DNA from: Octopus vulgaris
Lineage: Eukaryota
Assembly (NCBI GenBank): GCA_951406725.2
Contig: OX597835.1
Span: 32,674,001-32,738,000, forward strand
DNA length: 64,000 nucleotides
Reading direction: 5' to 3'
This document shows positions 26,321 to 41,837 of the stretch, in pieces. The notes beneath the pieces are model-generated. The model was not told where the DNA came from. It saw nothing but the letters and a program-made list of their open reading frames with translations, and made no database searches. Numbering within the stretch: the stretch's first letter is position 1; each line of letters begins with the position of its first letter. The translations under genes were made by a program, and so were the position numbers.

Positions 26321-26419
26321 TTTATCGTATATAGCATGGAGGTGGGGTAGTAAATGATTTTGTAATCACAGAAATTGTGAACGTGTAAAATGATTCACCA
26401 GTTTCACCAGGCTGGGGAG

Positions 26420-26760
26420 ATGGGACAGTGATTTCAATGCACAAAGGAAAATTGCCAAATCAAACTGTAATTAAATTTATGGTACTTCCTTACATGGAAC
26501 TGTTGTTTGCTCACCCATGAGACTTTTTTGAGTCATTTGCTAACACATACATGTTCCATCATTGTTTCAGAATCTCATTATGGATTCAGAGCTAATAAAA
26601 GAATCAGAAATATGATTTTGCATCTGACAATTTCGAGAGAAGTGAGTAGAACAGAGCGACACTCTTTATCAAGTTTTTGTTGATATAAAGATGGCCTTTC
26701 ATATGCTGCATAGAAATGCGCTCTGGATAATATTTGGAAAATTAAGATGATCAGCAAAGT
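26420..26760 (+). mobile_element. Degenerate RTE-like RT fragment
   Basis: SESHYGFRANKRIRNMI...FVDIKMAFHMLHRNALWII resembles ESQxGFR...FVDxxKAFDxVxRxxLW. Confidence 0.6.
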
Positions 26761-27235
26761 GTGTTGATTTGTTTGTCCAACCCCGAATTGGCAAGGAACC
26801 CTATTTTAACTAATATGCTATTCTAAAATGCTATGCTTGTGTCCTAGGATTGGTTCTGTCCGAACCAATCCTACGACACATGATTGTTAATCAAAAATAT
26901 AGATCTGTGCTAAATATATTCTTGATATACTTAGTAGCACTGATTACGAATATATATTTCAGGACTGTGATGTAGACATTTTTGTCCGTTGTTGCAGAAG
27001 AGACAAACTGTTTAATCTAAACTGTTGCAAAGCAAAATCGAAATTCTTTATAATGCTAGCTTTATTATTTGTACGTTGAAAGATATTTCTGTTCGTAGGT
27101 TTGGTTTTATCACCAGAAGATATTGTCGAAAACTTGCAAAAGGTTCCACATTGTGGTACTGAACCTGAAACCACTTGTTTGGGAAATAAACCTCTTACGA
27201 TACAGTAACACCTGATGTATATTTATGTATATATA

Positions 27236-27490
27236 TTTTGTTGCGTCTTGGGAGAGTCATTACGCGAATAAAAACAACACACGCACAGGTTCAACTCCAC
27301 TTCTTTATTATAAAACAATCGTTTAAATATCTATCCAGCTAACGAATCGTTCGTTTGTTTTACTTGTTCGATAAGCTGTCAATGGTTTTATCGTTTTTTT
27401 CTTTTTTTTCTGTTCATCAATATTTTTCGTTGCCATTCGCAACCTTTTCAGCGATCGGGTCTTCATAACTAGTTTCAAAAGCTGCCATCA
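27236..27490 (-). mobile_element. PLE-like terminus with half HHR (GAAACUAGUU)
   Basis: Similar to the 59818-59950 arm; ends at a TA run. Confidence 0.5.
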
Positions 27491-28263
27491 CCTCTCTCTC
27501 TCCCTAACTCTCCCTTCTATCTCTCTCTTCCCTCTGTCTCTCTGTCCCTCTCTCTCCCCTCTGTCTCTCTCTCTTCCCTCTGTCTCTCTCCTCCTCTCTC
27601 TCCGCTCTGTCTCTCTCCTCCTCTCTCTCCGCTCTGTCTCTCTCTCCCCTCTACCTCTCTCCCCCTTTGTCTCTCTCTACATATATATGTGCGTGTATGC
27701 AAGTGCATGGCCTAGTGGTTAAGCAGTTACACTCACCAGTGCTTGATCATGGGTTCAATTCTCTGATTAGGCACCGCGTTGTGGTCTTGAACAATACATT
27801 TCATTTCAAATTGCTACGGTCCTCCTTTCGATCAGAGACGGGGTATTGTTGGCGTGCTCGCCTAGCGAGCGGCGTCATTTGAAGGTTAAAACAATACAAA
27901 AGCGCATTGTGACTAGCGATGTGTAGCAACATCTGAGAGTCTGGTCGGTCATGTAATCCCGTGATATATATGTATGAGTGTATGTGTGTGTGTATGTATG
28001 CATGCATGTGTATTAGTGTGTGCATTAGTCTGTGTCTGAATGTATTGAAGTGCTTTCCGAAATAAGCAAGCACTGCACTATAATGGCTCCGAGGAAGGTA
28101 TAAGATTTGCACAAGCACTCAGCTCTAAGTGTGTATCTTCTCATAGCAGAAACAGCTGTAAGCTGATCAAGTAGATTACATAAAACCTATCTCCTTGTCA
28201 TTAATTAATTAACTAATTAATTAATTAATATTACGATCTGTATTCTTCAATCGCTTTATTCTA

Positions 28264-28476
<213 letters not shown>

Positions 28477-28490
28477 TATATACACATACA

Positions 28491-28558
<68 letters not shown>

Positions 28559-29252
28559 AATATATTTCTACTACCGGTGAAATTCTTCATATATACACGT
28601 TATACGCTTCTACATACGTAGACAGTCTCACACAGGTTTCTGTTATAATATAATGATACTCAGAAACCCCTCCCCAATAAATGACATCAAAAACGGGATG
28701 AAAAGCTTTTACTGTTAGCAGTCACACAATAGGGAAGAAACCAAACCGCTCAAACTCTTTCTCTCTCTATGTATATATATATTTATCACTGTCTTCTTCT
28801 CTCCCCCCCCCACCGGTCTCTATCACTTCCTCTCTCTACCTATCTATCTCTGCGTGTGTCTTTCTGTCTCTCGCTTTTCATCGTCTCTCAACTTGGTGCT
28901 GCTTTATGTTGAACAAGTAATCACATTTATTATTGTTAATATTCTCCTTGTCTAGCGTCACACTTCACACCTTTCCCTCAATAACAGTTTTCAATTGGAT
29001 TTACTTGCTATAATAGAGAAAGGAGAAATATATCTTCGTAATGGCTCTACATACAGAGTTGTACTTCACACTGTTATTCTCTTTCTCTCTCTCTCTCTCT
29101 CTTGTCTTTATATTTCTCTAGGTATCTTTATCTATCTTTCTGTCTGTCTATCAGCCAGTCTGTCTGTCTCTCTGTCCGTCCGTGCGTTTGTATGTCTGTC
29201 TGTCTATCTGCCTACTTATCTATCTATCTATCTATCTATCTATATCAGTCTA

Positions 29253-29291
<39 letters not shown>

Positions 29292-29457
29292 TTCTTTCTC
29301 TCTCTCTCTTTCTTTCTCTCTCTCTCTCTCTGTATATATGTATCCGCTTATCTGTCTATCTGTGTGTCTATCTCTCTGTCTGTCTGTCTCTCTCTGGATA
29401 TATGTGTTTGTGTGAGTGTGTGTGTGTGTGTGAGAGTGTGTGTGTGTGTATAGATAA

Positions 29458-29488
<31 letters not shown>

Positions 29489-29540
29489 AGTTGATAGATA
29501 GATAAATAGATAAATTGATAGATAGATAAATAGATAAATT

Positions 29541-29627
<87 letters not shown>

Positions 29628-29806
29628 CACTGTGTCTCTCGAACTTCAAACGATTTCTCTCTTCAAATATCTCTCAAGTCACCAGGAGGTGAATATTTAT
29701 CAAGCGGGTATGGAAAGATTCATACAATGATATATTGAGACACAACTTTTCGCAAATGAACACGTGTACTCACACACACACATACATACAGACAGACACG
29801 CACACA

Positions 29807-29844
<38 letters not shown>

Positions 29845-31999
29845 AATGCTTAAACATACAGACGCAATCATACATGCACATAAATATATGTATGCCTGTG
29901 TGCTTGTGTGCGTGCGTGGGTACGGATGATGTGTGTGCGTGAGTGTGCGTGTGTGTGTTTGTGTGTATTTGTGTGTGTGTGTGTGTGCGTGCGTGCGTGC
30001 GTCTGAGCTGTGACAAATGATCACTAAGAACGATATTGGCAACAACCCCAAGAAATGATCAGAAAGAATAGCAAAATCAAAAGAGCAAAAACGCTACCAC
30101 TCCCATCTCTTTGACTGCTGCCATTATTAACTAACACCACCTCCACCATAACCTGCACCAGCGTCGACATCCCCACCACAAGTGCCAGTACCGCCTTCAC
30201 TCTCCAGCGAATACGTGCCTCTACGCGATCGCTCGACCTGCAAGAACTGGCATCCGAATCCCTTTCAAACAATACACTACCCTCTTAAAAATAGTTATTA
30301 TTTTAAAAGAATACAACCTAAAAACAAAGACAGGAAAGAAGTTATGGTGTTCGTTGTTTGTCTATCATCAAGCGATGTTACCTATTCGTTGAAAGGGCGG
30401 GGAAATTGCCCTTAAGCATTGTCTTCGACACGCCGGCGATTTTGCCAGCTTGTCGCCTTTAATGGTTTGACATTTTGGCCAGTGACTAGGAAATTTTAAG
30501 GTAGGGGTTCAGTTGATTGCATCAACCTCAGTACGGAACTGGTACATAGCAGAATTTGAGATGAAAACTTAAAGAGGCGCAAAATTTACGCAAATATCTT
30601 GTTTGCCGCATTAACTATTTTACTTCATTTCACATTAACGATTCCTTTCAAGTTAACGGTTTCACATTTTGGCACATGGCCTGCAATTGTAGGGAGCGTG
30701 GGTCAATCAATTACATCGACCCCAATGCTCTACTATTGCTACTTATTTTATCAGCACCGAAGTAACTGAAGTGGTAATTGACCGAATTTGAACACAGATT
30801 GTATCTAGTGGTAAGAAATGCTTCTAAGTATTTTCTTCGATGCGCTATCCACAGCAAGCTAACCATTTTATTCACATTAATAAAAAAATTATTTTGATTC
30901 ACTGTCTTGAGACTGTTGTTTTGATTTCAATTTTAATCAAAGAATACCTATAAATTGCAATTAAAAAAATTATAAAAGAGAAAATCAATTGAATTTAGTT
31001 CAAAATTATTTCCTCAAGAAGCATCACGTAGCCATATAATTGTCGTTCAAATAATTTTTTTCTTGCATTATTTGTCGATTACAAAAAGGTTTCTACCTGC
31101 TAAATGACTATGCCATTACATACCCAGTAATAATCCCAGCAGCAACACGTATTGTATTAATAGTTTTCTATAAAAATCTTCGTTAATTTTACATTTTATT
31201 TCACCGCGTGAACACAGCTACTTAACATTTTTCAACAGAACAACTCGAACAAGAACATCATTTGTCTTCATATAGCTCTTTAATATTCTGTTAATACACT
31301 GTCCTCGATGTTTTATGAATAAATCATTAGTAGTACTTCTCTTTACGTTCTACAGAAGATTCGCTTCTACACAGACAGCTTATAGCACAATACATACATT
31401 TTTCTTCGAATGATCAGATGATAACTAATTAATATGTGTGAGTATATGCGTGTTGATGTGCGAGAGAGATGGAGGAGCGGGATGAACAATTCTCGTATTA
31501 ATTTTAATGATTAAATAGAAAGACGAAAATAAATTTGTAATTACCGATTTGATGTACAATACCAAGTAATTTTACAGGCGAATATAGAGTGTATACAACG
31601 TAGTGAATTGTATACCGAATATGCAGAAGAGGAGGTATATATTCTGTATGTGTGTAATTGTATATATGTGTATATAGTTTACTGTTCCGTTAAGGCAAGA
31701 TCAGCAATAAAATTATTCCATCCAGTTAGAAATATAAATATCATTTAACGTACGATAGATTCTTCATTGCAGACGCGGGTTTAGGCAGGTTTTTATAACT
31801 CGTCTTGTGTGTCGAAGCAAGAAATATTCAATAACCCGTATCTTTATACTAAGTACATAAAATTTTATATATATATATACAGACATGCAGGAAGTAAATA
31901 GACACCTTTAATTTTCAAAATCGTTTATGTGATATTAATTGGTTGAAGGAGAGTTTTTCTTCTAGCTATTCGTCCTTAATACCCAAGCTTATGCAGATA

Positions 32000-33271
32000 C
32001 GAGGGCCGTTCAATAAGTAATGCCCCTGACCCACTTCCCATAGCAGTAGAGCAACGAAACTTGGCACAGTTATTAGTCTTTTTCTACATAGGAACCATCC
32101 AGAGTTACGCATTTCTCTCATCGTTTGATGCGGCTCTGGAGACCGTTTTTGTAGAAGAACCCAGCTTGGTCCTCCAACCTCAACGTGACTTCAGAAATCA
32201 AGGCTGCATCATCTGGGAAACGCTTTCCTTTCAAAAACAACTTCATGATTGGGAAGAGGTGAAAATCAGAGGGTGCAAGGTCAGGAAAGTAGGGGGGGAT
32301 GGGGAGGAGTTCATAGCCACACGCCTGTGCTTCTGATCTGGCGACAAGCGAGTTGTGGACCGGAGCGTTGTCCTGCAGGAGGAGGAGGCCTTTGCTGATC
32401 TTGCCCCGCCTCTTGATTTTGATAACTTCTCTTAATTTCCTCAAAAGTGAAGCATAATAGGCTCCTGCAATTGTGGTACCCTTTGCCAGGAAATCTGTCA
32501 TCACTACTCCGTCCTGGTCCCAGAAGACTGTGAGCATGACCTTGCCAGCGGAGGGCTGCACCCTTGCCTTCTTTGGAGGGGGTGATTCACGGTGCTTCCA
32601 CTGCATTGACTGGGCTTTGGTCTCTGGATCATCGTGATGGACCCAAGTTTCATCCTGTGTAATCAGTCTTTTGAAAAATTTTGACTCATCTTCTTGGCAC
32701 ATCTCCAAATTCACCCTCGAGCACTCGACGCGTTCTTGATTCTGGAAAGGCGTGAGCAACCTGGGAATCCATCTGGCAGACACCTTTTGCGTATGCAAAT
32801 GGTCATGAATGATAGTTTCCACAGACCCAGTACTAATCTTGACCTCATGGGCTATTTGGCTAATAATTATGCGTCAATCTTCCAAATTGGCAGCCTCAAC
32901 TTGACGGACATCAATTGCAGAAGGGGGCGACCAGATCTGGGAGCTGTTTCCACAGAGTTCCGACCATGTTTCAATACACGATGCCAGCGCTTTACAAGTT
33001 CACATCATCACCATAAGTTACTTTCATTTCATCAAAAGTCTCCCGTGGTGTGCGTCCTTTCAAATACAAAAACCGGATCACTGCTCGACACTCAACAGGC
33101 TCCATTTCACACTTGACTCGGTTCAAACACCTGTAAATCAGAAACCACAATTAATTCAGAGCTATAATTTGCCACTTACTCTATAGAGATATAAATAATT
33201 GCACATGCAAAGATCAGCTAGATCAAACAATTGCAAGTGGGTCAGAGGCATTACTTATTGAACGTCCCTCG
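32000..33271 (-). mobile_element. Full-length mariner DNA transposon (~1.27 kb)
   Basis: ~37-bp TIRs cgagggccgttcaataagtaatgcc.. / ..ggcattacttattgaacgtccctcg; TA TSD at 31998-31999 and 33272-33273. Confidence 0.95.
32073..33105 (-). pseudogene. mariner D,D34D transposase, disrupted
   Basis: MEPVECRAVIRFL start; WIPRLL, ITQDETW, QDNAP, YFPDLAPSDFHLF motifs; frameshifts and a premature stop. Confidence 0.93.
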
Positions 33272-33628
33272 TATGTAACACACGTTCTTGGACTAACTTC
33301 TGGCTGTTTTGTAATGTCAGAAGCCTTCGAACGGGGGTTCGTTTTCCACAGTTCTCTTCAAACAGCGAATCTTCCTTTTCGAGGGCCCAGGTCGGCGGGA
33401 CGAGAGTCTGTTCATTCTTTACCTTGGCTTTTGAATTGAACTATAATTGTATTAACATTAGCTAGAGGAATTTGAAGATTTGCGGCAATTTTTCCGGTAT
33501 TTATGTGAGCGTATGACTAGACATGTTACTATGAAATTTTAATCGTATTTTATATAAGTAGCAGAATCATAACACAGTAATTTCCCTTTATATAACGGTA
33601 TTTTTTCATAGCGTTTTTTCAGATGGCC

Positions 33629-33691
33629 AGATAACCGAAGAGATGGTGTTGTGGATTTCCACTTCGGCATCTGAAACTCAGAGTTTTATCT
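33629..33691 (+). ncRNA. Hammerhead-like motif (U4C) in a PLE 3' end (~33300-33812)
   Basis: Stem I AGAUAA/UUAUCU; CCGAAGA; stem II GAUG/CAUC; GAAA; stem III ACUC/GAGU; GUU site. Confidence 0.6.
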
Positions 33692-34414
33692 TGACTATTG
33701 AGTAATTGTAACATGTTATTTTATAGATAAATTTCCTCTATTTACATAATATTGAGGTCTCTTTCTTTCTTTTGTTATCTTACCGTTTTTACCAATATAT
33801 ATTTATATATATATAAGACCTGATTTTTATTCAAAGAATCTAACGGAACTCGTGGTAAGTACTCCAGTTAAGAAACCAGCTATGTAGTCAAACACACATA
33901 CACACACAACTATACTCCACATGACTCATATTGATAAAGTAGCGATATATTTTGAGAAGTTAACTGTATAGTGAAAAAAATCTTTGTGATTTAGCAAAGG
34001 TTTTGAGATACGTTTTAATCAATTCCAAAATAACTTCTTAAGTTTGCTGTTTGAGAGAGAAAATATGTGAAGCATAACCATGGCTTGAATATATCAGTGA
34101 TCAGCATATCAAACAGATGTGGAAGTGGTGGTGTTGTTGGTGGCAGTGGTGGTGATAGTGGGAGTCACGGAGATCTGACAGTGATGAGGATGTAGACGTC
34201 GACTACATTGATAACGATGGTGATGATGATGAACCTCAGTCTGATGCTACCGCTGCTGATTATGATCATGTCGATGAAGAAGCAGATGATGATGATGATG
34301 ATGATAATGATGATGATGATGATACTACCATTGGTAATGATGAAGATATGGCTAATGACAATTCGTTCGAGTCTAATAAATGCTATTCAAATTAATTTAT
34401 TGCCATTAAATAAT

Positions 34415-34459
<45 letters not shown>

Positions 34460-34461
<2 letters not shown>

Positions 34462-34744
34462 CATAATTAAATCTCAGAATGAGATTGAAACAGTAATCGC
34501 TCGATAATGTAAAGTATAGAAGCCATCTTATCATGGCTAACCACATTGGGGAGGGGGTTGTTACTGTAGCTTTATAGCCCCAAGAGATCTTCGTCTCTAG
34601 CTGACTCTAAACACAATATCTGTGTCTTTGGAGTATTTTCAAAGGGAGGCCATCCCTTCCTCGCAAGCCTGAGTGATACGCTCGAACTAGTTTCGGGATG
34701 TTTGTCCCTCGTCAACGGGCGGCAACCACCAGGTAGCGATGAAA
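34460..34744 (-). mobile_element. HHR-containing retrozyme/PLE-like unit, left part (continues at 40261)
   Basis: Starts at a (TA)n tract; sequence repeated at 40334-40468, 40478-40652 (inverted) and 45399-45570. Confidence 0.8.
34680..34720 (-). ncRNA. Minimal type I hammerhead (C3U variant)
   Basis: GCCCG UUGACGA GGGA-caaaca-UCCC GAAA CUAG UU CGAGC; palindromic ACUAGU stem III; one stem I mismatch. Confidence 0.7.
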
Positions 34745-35083
34745 TTTTCTTTATTATGATCAATAGATCTAACATAGAATGGGTACATTACAGGACAAAA
34801 CAATTACAAAAATGCTATGCGAGTTCGAATGAAATTATAAAAATTACAAAATTAAAATTTTATGTAACTTGAACGAAAACTTGGCTTACTTTGACTTGAA
34901 ACGAAACCTTGGCTTACTTTTGCCTTTATCACGAGAACTTTTAGTGCGTATGTTTTCTTTTCTTTTTATTATTTCTTTATTTTAAACAGTTATGTACAGT
35001 GAAAGGGAATGGGAGGTACCAGTTTCAATTTTGAACCCGGCAGCCTATAAATCCCAGCAGCTGATTTTTTCTTTCCTCGATGA

Positions 35084-38000
35084 TTAAGCTGGGTTACTCT
35101 CACCCACCTTTCTCATCACATCCTTCCAACGTTCCATATACTCTTTCTGTGGCAGGCTCCTCTTCTGCAACCCCATCTTGCTCTTCAGATGATATCCGAA
35201 GTATTTTAACAAACCGGGGCCAGAGATAAAGGACCCTTTCACTAGACCTTCCACTCTAGTTCTCCATACACACTCTTTCAATACTGCCACTGTACAGTAA
35301 AAACAAGCCTTACCTTCCTTTGAGAGTCCAGTTGGCGGTATCATCTTAATCATAGATCCAGCCGACAGCTGTACTCGTCCCAGATGCGACAACACGTGTT
35401 CCACGTAACTTATCAAGCCTGACAGCTCCCGACATTGTACAAAAGCGTGTTGTACGGTTTCATCGTCCAACCCACATCTTGGACACGTCGGTGGCACTGA
35501 CATTCCGTGCCTGGATAACTTCTCACGAACAGGTAATGCATTCCTATAGCACTGCCAGGTCAGGGATTTTTGGTAATTATCCAAATACCCCGGCCTGAAA
35601 GTCTTCTTAAACAGGTTGGAGAGTTAATCCTCATCGAACCCCAGAGCCCTTCCTAGGACGTCGTCATTTTTTCCTCCTACCAGCCCTTTATAGAACACCG
35701 AGGTGGTATTCCCGCTGCCGGCCTTACCCATCTTGTGGATCAGCCAGAGTGCCTGTCGGCACTCCTTCTGCCATGAAGTCAGTTTACGTCCTTTAATGAG
35801 ACCGGGTGTAAATCCCTCCATAGGAGGCCGGTCGCGGGAAGAATTCCTCTACCAGCGAACTCCACACCTTATCATCCTCCAGGTAACACCAGAGGTGTCT
35901 CAGCCTCAACGCATGCTTGCGCATCATTAGCCAAGGCATCCCCAGTCCACCCTTTAGTGGTTCCTGGCAACACACGGAGCGTCTCACAAGTGGCTTTCCT
36001 CCTTTCCACAAAAAGCGGAAAAGGAGTCGTTCCAACTTGTTTAACCACGAATCGGGGCAAGGCACGACGGTCAGGCGGTAGGTGACGACAGAGGCTATAA
36101 ACATCTGTGCCACCTCGGCCCTCCCTTTCAAGGAAAGATGCCTTCCAGACCACCTCCGTACTATGGCATCCACCTTGCTCGTTACCTCGCTCCAATTCTT
36201 CTCCGTCTGGGAGTCTGGACCAAACCAGACTCCGAGCAATTTAACAGGACCATCCGTCCAGTGTCCAACAACACTGGACGGTATCGGCTTGTTCCTTCAG
36301 GTGCCGAGGCGCAAACCGATGGACTTGTCCCTGTTAACTTTTGCCCCTGCCACCGCTTCGTATCTATGGAGAGCACCTACTACCCGAGGTAGCTGTGTTC
36401 CGTTGGACACGATGAGGGTGACGTCATCCGCATAGGCAGAAACAGACTTACCGCATCCGATTTCATTAGGCTTGCCTCCCAACTTCTCCAGCTTCCGCAG
36501 CAATGGCTCAAGAGCCAAAACATACAGGAGCGGGGAAAAGGGGCACCCATGACGAACTGAACGCTTGATCGAAAACGGCTCCGTTAGGTAACCGTTTATC
36601 TGGACTGTGGCCTTGATGCCGCTGTACATAGCTGAGATCCACCCGCAGAAGCCAGGGCCCAGCCCAGCCGCTTCGAGAACCGCCGCCAAGTACCGATGGT
36701 CTACCCTATCAAACGCTTTACTTTGATCTAAATGGACCAATTTGCCGTCTAATTTCCCGACCCTAACTATAGTGTAGCGGAGAAGGTGAAGATTATCCTG
36801 GATCGACCTGCCTGGGATTGCACATGTCTGTGCCTTCCCGACAAGTTTCTCCACGACAGCCGTCAACCTTTTTGCTAACACCTTGGCCAAAATCTTAAAC
36901 TCTACATTAAGTAGAGTTATGGGCCTGTAATTACTAATACTGTCCCCCTTGCTCGGGTCTTTCTGGACCAGCGTCACAACTCCCCGACTCACAGAGCTGG
37001 GAATCCTCCCATTCTGTTGCCAGTTTGCATAGACGCTTGCCAGTATGTCCCCGAACAAGTCCGGCATACAACAATAAAATTCATAGGGTAGACCATCCAA
37101 TCCCGGCGACTTTTCCCCGGCGCACTCGGCCATAACCCCTCTTACCTCTGCGGGAGAGATCGATACTTCACAGCACTCCGCCTCACCTGCCGAGAGCCGA
37201 GGCCCACCAGCTAGGAAGTCCTTTAAGGTCTCCCCACGCTCGAGCGGACCACCGCTCCCAAACAGCCGTGCGAAATGCTGGTGAAGGACCTTCTGCATCT
37301 CCTCCTGTCCATAGATCTTGCGGTCCTGCTCGTCAGTTAAGGGCATAATACAGGACTTTTTGCCCTTTTGACTCTCCTCACGACGGGCCCATCCGGCAAC
37401 GTTAATAACTTCTCGTTTTCCTGCACGTAACTTAGCTCTGACTCTACACCCCTCGTGCTTGGCGTTGAGGTGACGGTACAATACCGCTCTCGCTGCCAAC
37501 ACTCCAGATGCACAGCCAGATTCCATAGCCTCGTCTAAGTTCTTAACTAATTCGCCCTCTATTCTAGTCCTATCTAAACTTAGCTGCTTGCTAAATCTAA
37601 TGGACTCCAAACGGATGGCTCTTTTGAGGGCGAGCCACCATCTATTATCAATGATGGTGCCACATAATGCCCTCTGTACTAATTCCTTAATCCGGGTACG
37701 GAAAGCTTCACAGGTCAAAATAGACTTGTTCATCTTCAGTACCCGGGACCTTGTCTATGGCATTTATCTACCTGTACCTCACACGTCACAAGTTTGTGAT
37801 CCGTGTAAGGCACAACAGAGAATTGTGAACAGCTAACACTATTCCTATCTCGTTCCTTAACAAATACTCTATCTATGTACGATCTGCGTGAGCCGTCGTT
37901 ATTACTCCACGTCCACTGTGGAACGTTCGGCTCATCCAGTCGAAAACGGTCTACTAGATTAAAGCTCTCTAGTAGAGCCTTGAGGCCAGGATTCCCCTTC

Positions 38001-38464
38001 CTATCGCTCGAGCCTAAACCATCCACCCGCACATCGAGAATGGTGTTGAAATCCCCTACCAAGACTACCGTTTTGGACGTCACTAGAAAGTGCTCCAGTT
38101 CCCGAAAAAAACCGGTCTGCCCACGTCCGTTAGGAGCGTAGACAGCCACCAATCTGAAGGACTGCTTACTCACGTGCGTCACATCTAGGACAACCAGCCT
38201 ACCTTCTGGGTCCAAAAAGACAGTACTTACCTGTAAGTCCAAGTTCTTCCTGAAAAGAACTGCCACGCCTGCACCTCCCTCCCGGCTAGGAGAAATAAAT
38301 TTCTCGTAACCATTGAGAAGTGGTGAGAACGCTTGGGGTCCTTTCATCGTGGACTCGGTAACAATAGCTACATCGATTCTATGTGAAATGAGGTCGTCAC
38401 GAAAACAAGCCTGTTTCCATTTCGATCCCATTCCACGCACATTTATACAACCTAACTTAATCAT
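35084..38464 (-). pseudogene. LINE ORF2 (APE endonuclease, RT, C-terminal zinc finger), several frameshifts
   Basis: INVRG, VYAP, GDFN, YIDR, TDH (APE); KSPGLDG, YRPITLLN, DQSKAFDRV, HGCPFSP, YADD (RT); CPRC..HAFVQC. Confidence 0.93.
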
Positions 38465-38479
38465 CGAGAAAAAAGAAAA

Positions 38480-39989
38480 TTATTTACTCACGGTTGCGAG
38501 AGGGAGCCTGACAGATTCTTTCTGCCTGTCTCCCCCACTCGCCGTTGCTGCTGGGTGTTTCACCGGCGTTGCCACCGGGCTCTGGGTTGGTGTGGCTGCC
38601 GGGCTAACGTGTAATTTCCCAGTTGTCACCTCCTGGGTGACATCCTTAATGAAGCCGGCTTTTACGTAGCTTTGTAAGGTTTTGTCTTTCCATCCTTCTT
38701 CGCCGACCCTTCCATATCGCCACTCCGCTTCCTTCTCGGTCGCTTTGTAGCACCTGATCAGCGTACTTGCTTTCACCCATGTTTCTACTCTCACGTTCTT
38801 TGTGGTGTATGCAATAATTTTTTCGTTGGGTTTAAACCCTTTTACAGTCGGGGGGTGGGGTTTGTTAAAGTGCAGGCTTGTTAAAGTGTAGTACCGCCGG
38901 GGTGGGATTGGAGAATATTTTTAATTTGTTCGTCTGCGTTGTTTTTTTTGATACGGGTGGGGAGTCAGGGGTGATGGATTTTTTCCTTTTGTTGGACACG
39001 TTCGTAAATTCCATGTCTTCTTGTTTATTTGTTTTTGTTGTATTAATTTCCTCCTCCTTTCCTTTCTCATTTTGCATTTCGTTCTTGTCTTCCTCCTTTT
39101 TGGAGTTCGACCTGTTTATTTTTTCCTCCTTGTTTTCGCCAGTCGTTACTTTTTTCTCCACTTTGCTGTTTTCTGCGTTCTTCACAGCGTTTTGTGGGGG
39201 GGCGTTGCCCGCATTATTTTTTTGTGCAAACGGAGCGAACGTGGCCCTTTTGCCCGCACTTAAAACATCTGGGCCTGCGTCCTTCCACCGAAACTCGTAT
39301 GGAGTGCCCCTCCCCCACGAAGACTCTGTCTGGTAGGCTTTCCAACGTCGCATTTTCCGCCTGGATTATCATCTCCAGCTGCTGGCCTCTCCAGTGTTTT
39401 GCAATTTTCCTCTTCATACTCAAAATTGTCAATTTTGATTCAACATCAAAAATGACCGCTGTTGCCGCCCACATCACGTCGTAGCCCCTTGGTATATCTT
39501 CTAGGGTCACTTTTGCGGTTCTGCACCCTAAATATAAGGGTAGCAGTATTATACTCTCGTTTTTCAACGTTTGCGTCGAAATTTGCCTTGCTTCTTCCGC
39601 CGTTTCAAAATGCGCCTCCACTGTAGCGCTTCTTGCACCTCGGTTGACATGACGAACTTTACTCCATATTGGTGCCATACACTTTTCGACCATTTCGTTT
39701 TTCACGTCGGTCATTCGTTTTTCCTTGATATTGTACACCCTGTAGGTGACCATTTTTTCCTTTATTGCTTGTATAGTTTCGGGGGCGGTACCAATCGTGT
39801 TTCTTCACCACTTTTTTGCACCAGCGATCTGAACTTGAATAGTCTTTCCATTGACACCTCCATTTCTTCGACTTCGCCACCTACGGCGTCTGAAAAACTG
39901 GGTTTTGCTTGTGTTTCCTTTTGTTTAACAGTTGTTATACTTTCTCCCATCTCGGGAAAGTCTTTTTTTGAACTTAAGTCTAATTCCAT
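38480..39989 (-). pseudogene. LINE ORF1 with CCHC zinc knuckle, frameshifted
   Basis: CFKCGQKGHVRSVC; overlapping ORF pieces 39762-39989, 39214-39753, 38865-39353, 38480-38794. Confidence 0.82.
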
Positions 39990-40260
39990 ATTAGACAACA
40001 CAAACTTGTCACAAATGACAAGAGAAATTTTTTTTTTTTTTAAATAACCTATACAAGTTAAGAGTTCACACAAAAAAACACACAGAAATTTTCTATCCCG
40101 AAGGGCGAAAATTACTGGGTCAAAAACAGTTCAACAATGATATTACGTGTAACACGACAAAGTAGACAAACGGAAACGAACTCACACAACGATTTGCAGC
40201 AACAGAAAAATATTGGTATAAACCGAGGAAAAATTCAAAAAACACCAGGTAGCGATGAAA

Positions 40261-41702
<1,442 letters not shown>

Positions 41703-41837
41703 CATACACAAACACACACGTATATATGTATGAATGTATGTATGTATATATGCAAGTATATATATGCTCAGATACACAGAAGCACTGACATGCAAACATA
41801 AACACGCAAACACACACACACAACTACTTAAAAATAA

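Larger units (their letters stand above)
34745..40242 (-). mobile_element. Full-length L1-clade (Tx1-like) LINE, ~5.5 kb
   Basis: 18-bp TSD caccaggtagcgatgaaa at 34727-34744 and 40243-40260; AATAAA-GAAAA 3' end; ORF1 plus ORF2. Confidence 0.93.

Noticed and set aside
34170-34400. Acidic Asp-rich reading frame as a possible host exon
   Set aside because: Consistent with a decayed (GAT)n tract; no splice or domain evidence
34727-34744. LINE target resembling U1/U2 snRNA 5' ends (atcgctacctgg)
   Set aside because: Match too short and the flanks are not snRNA
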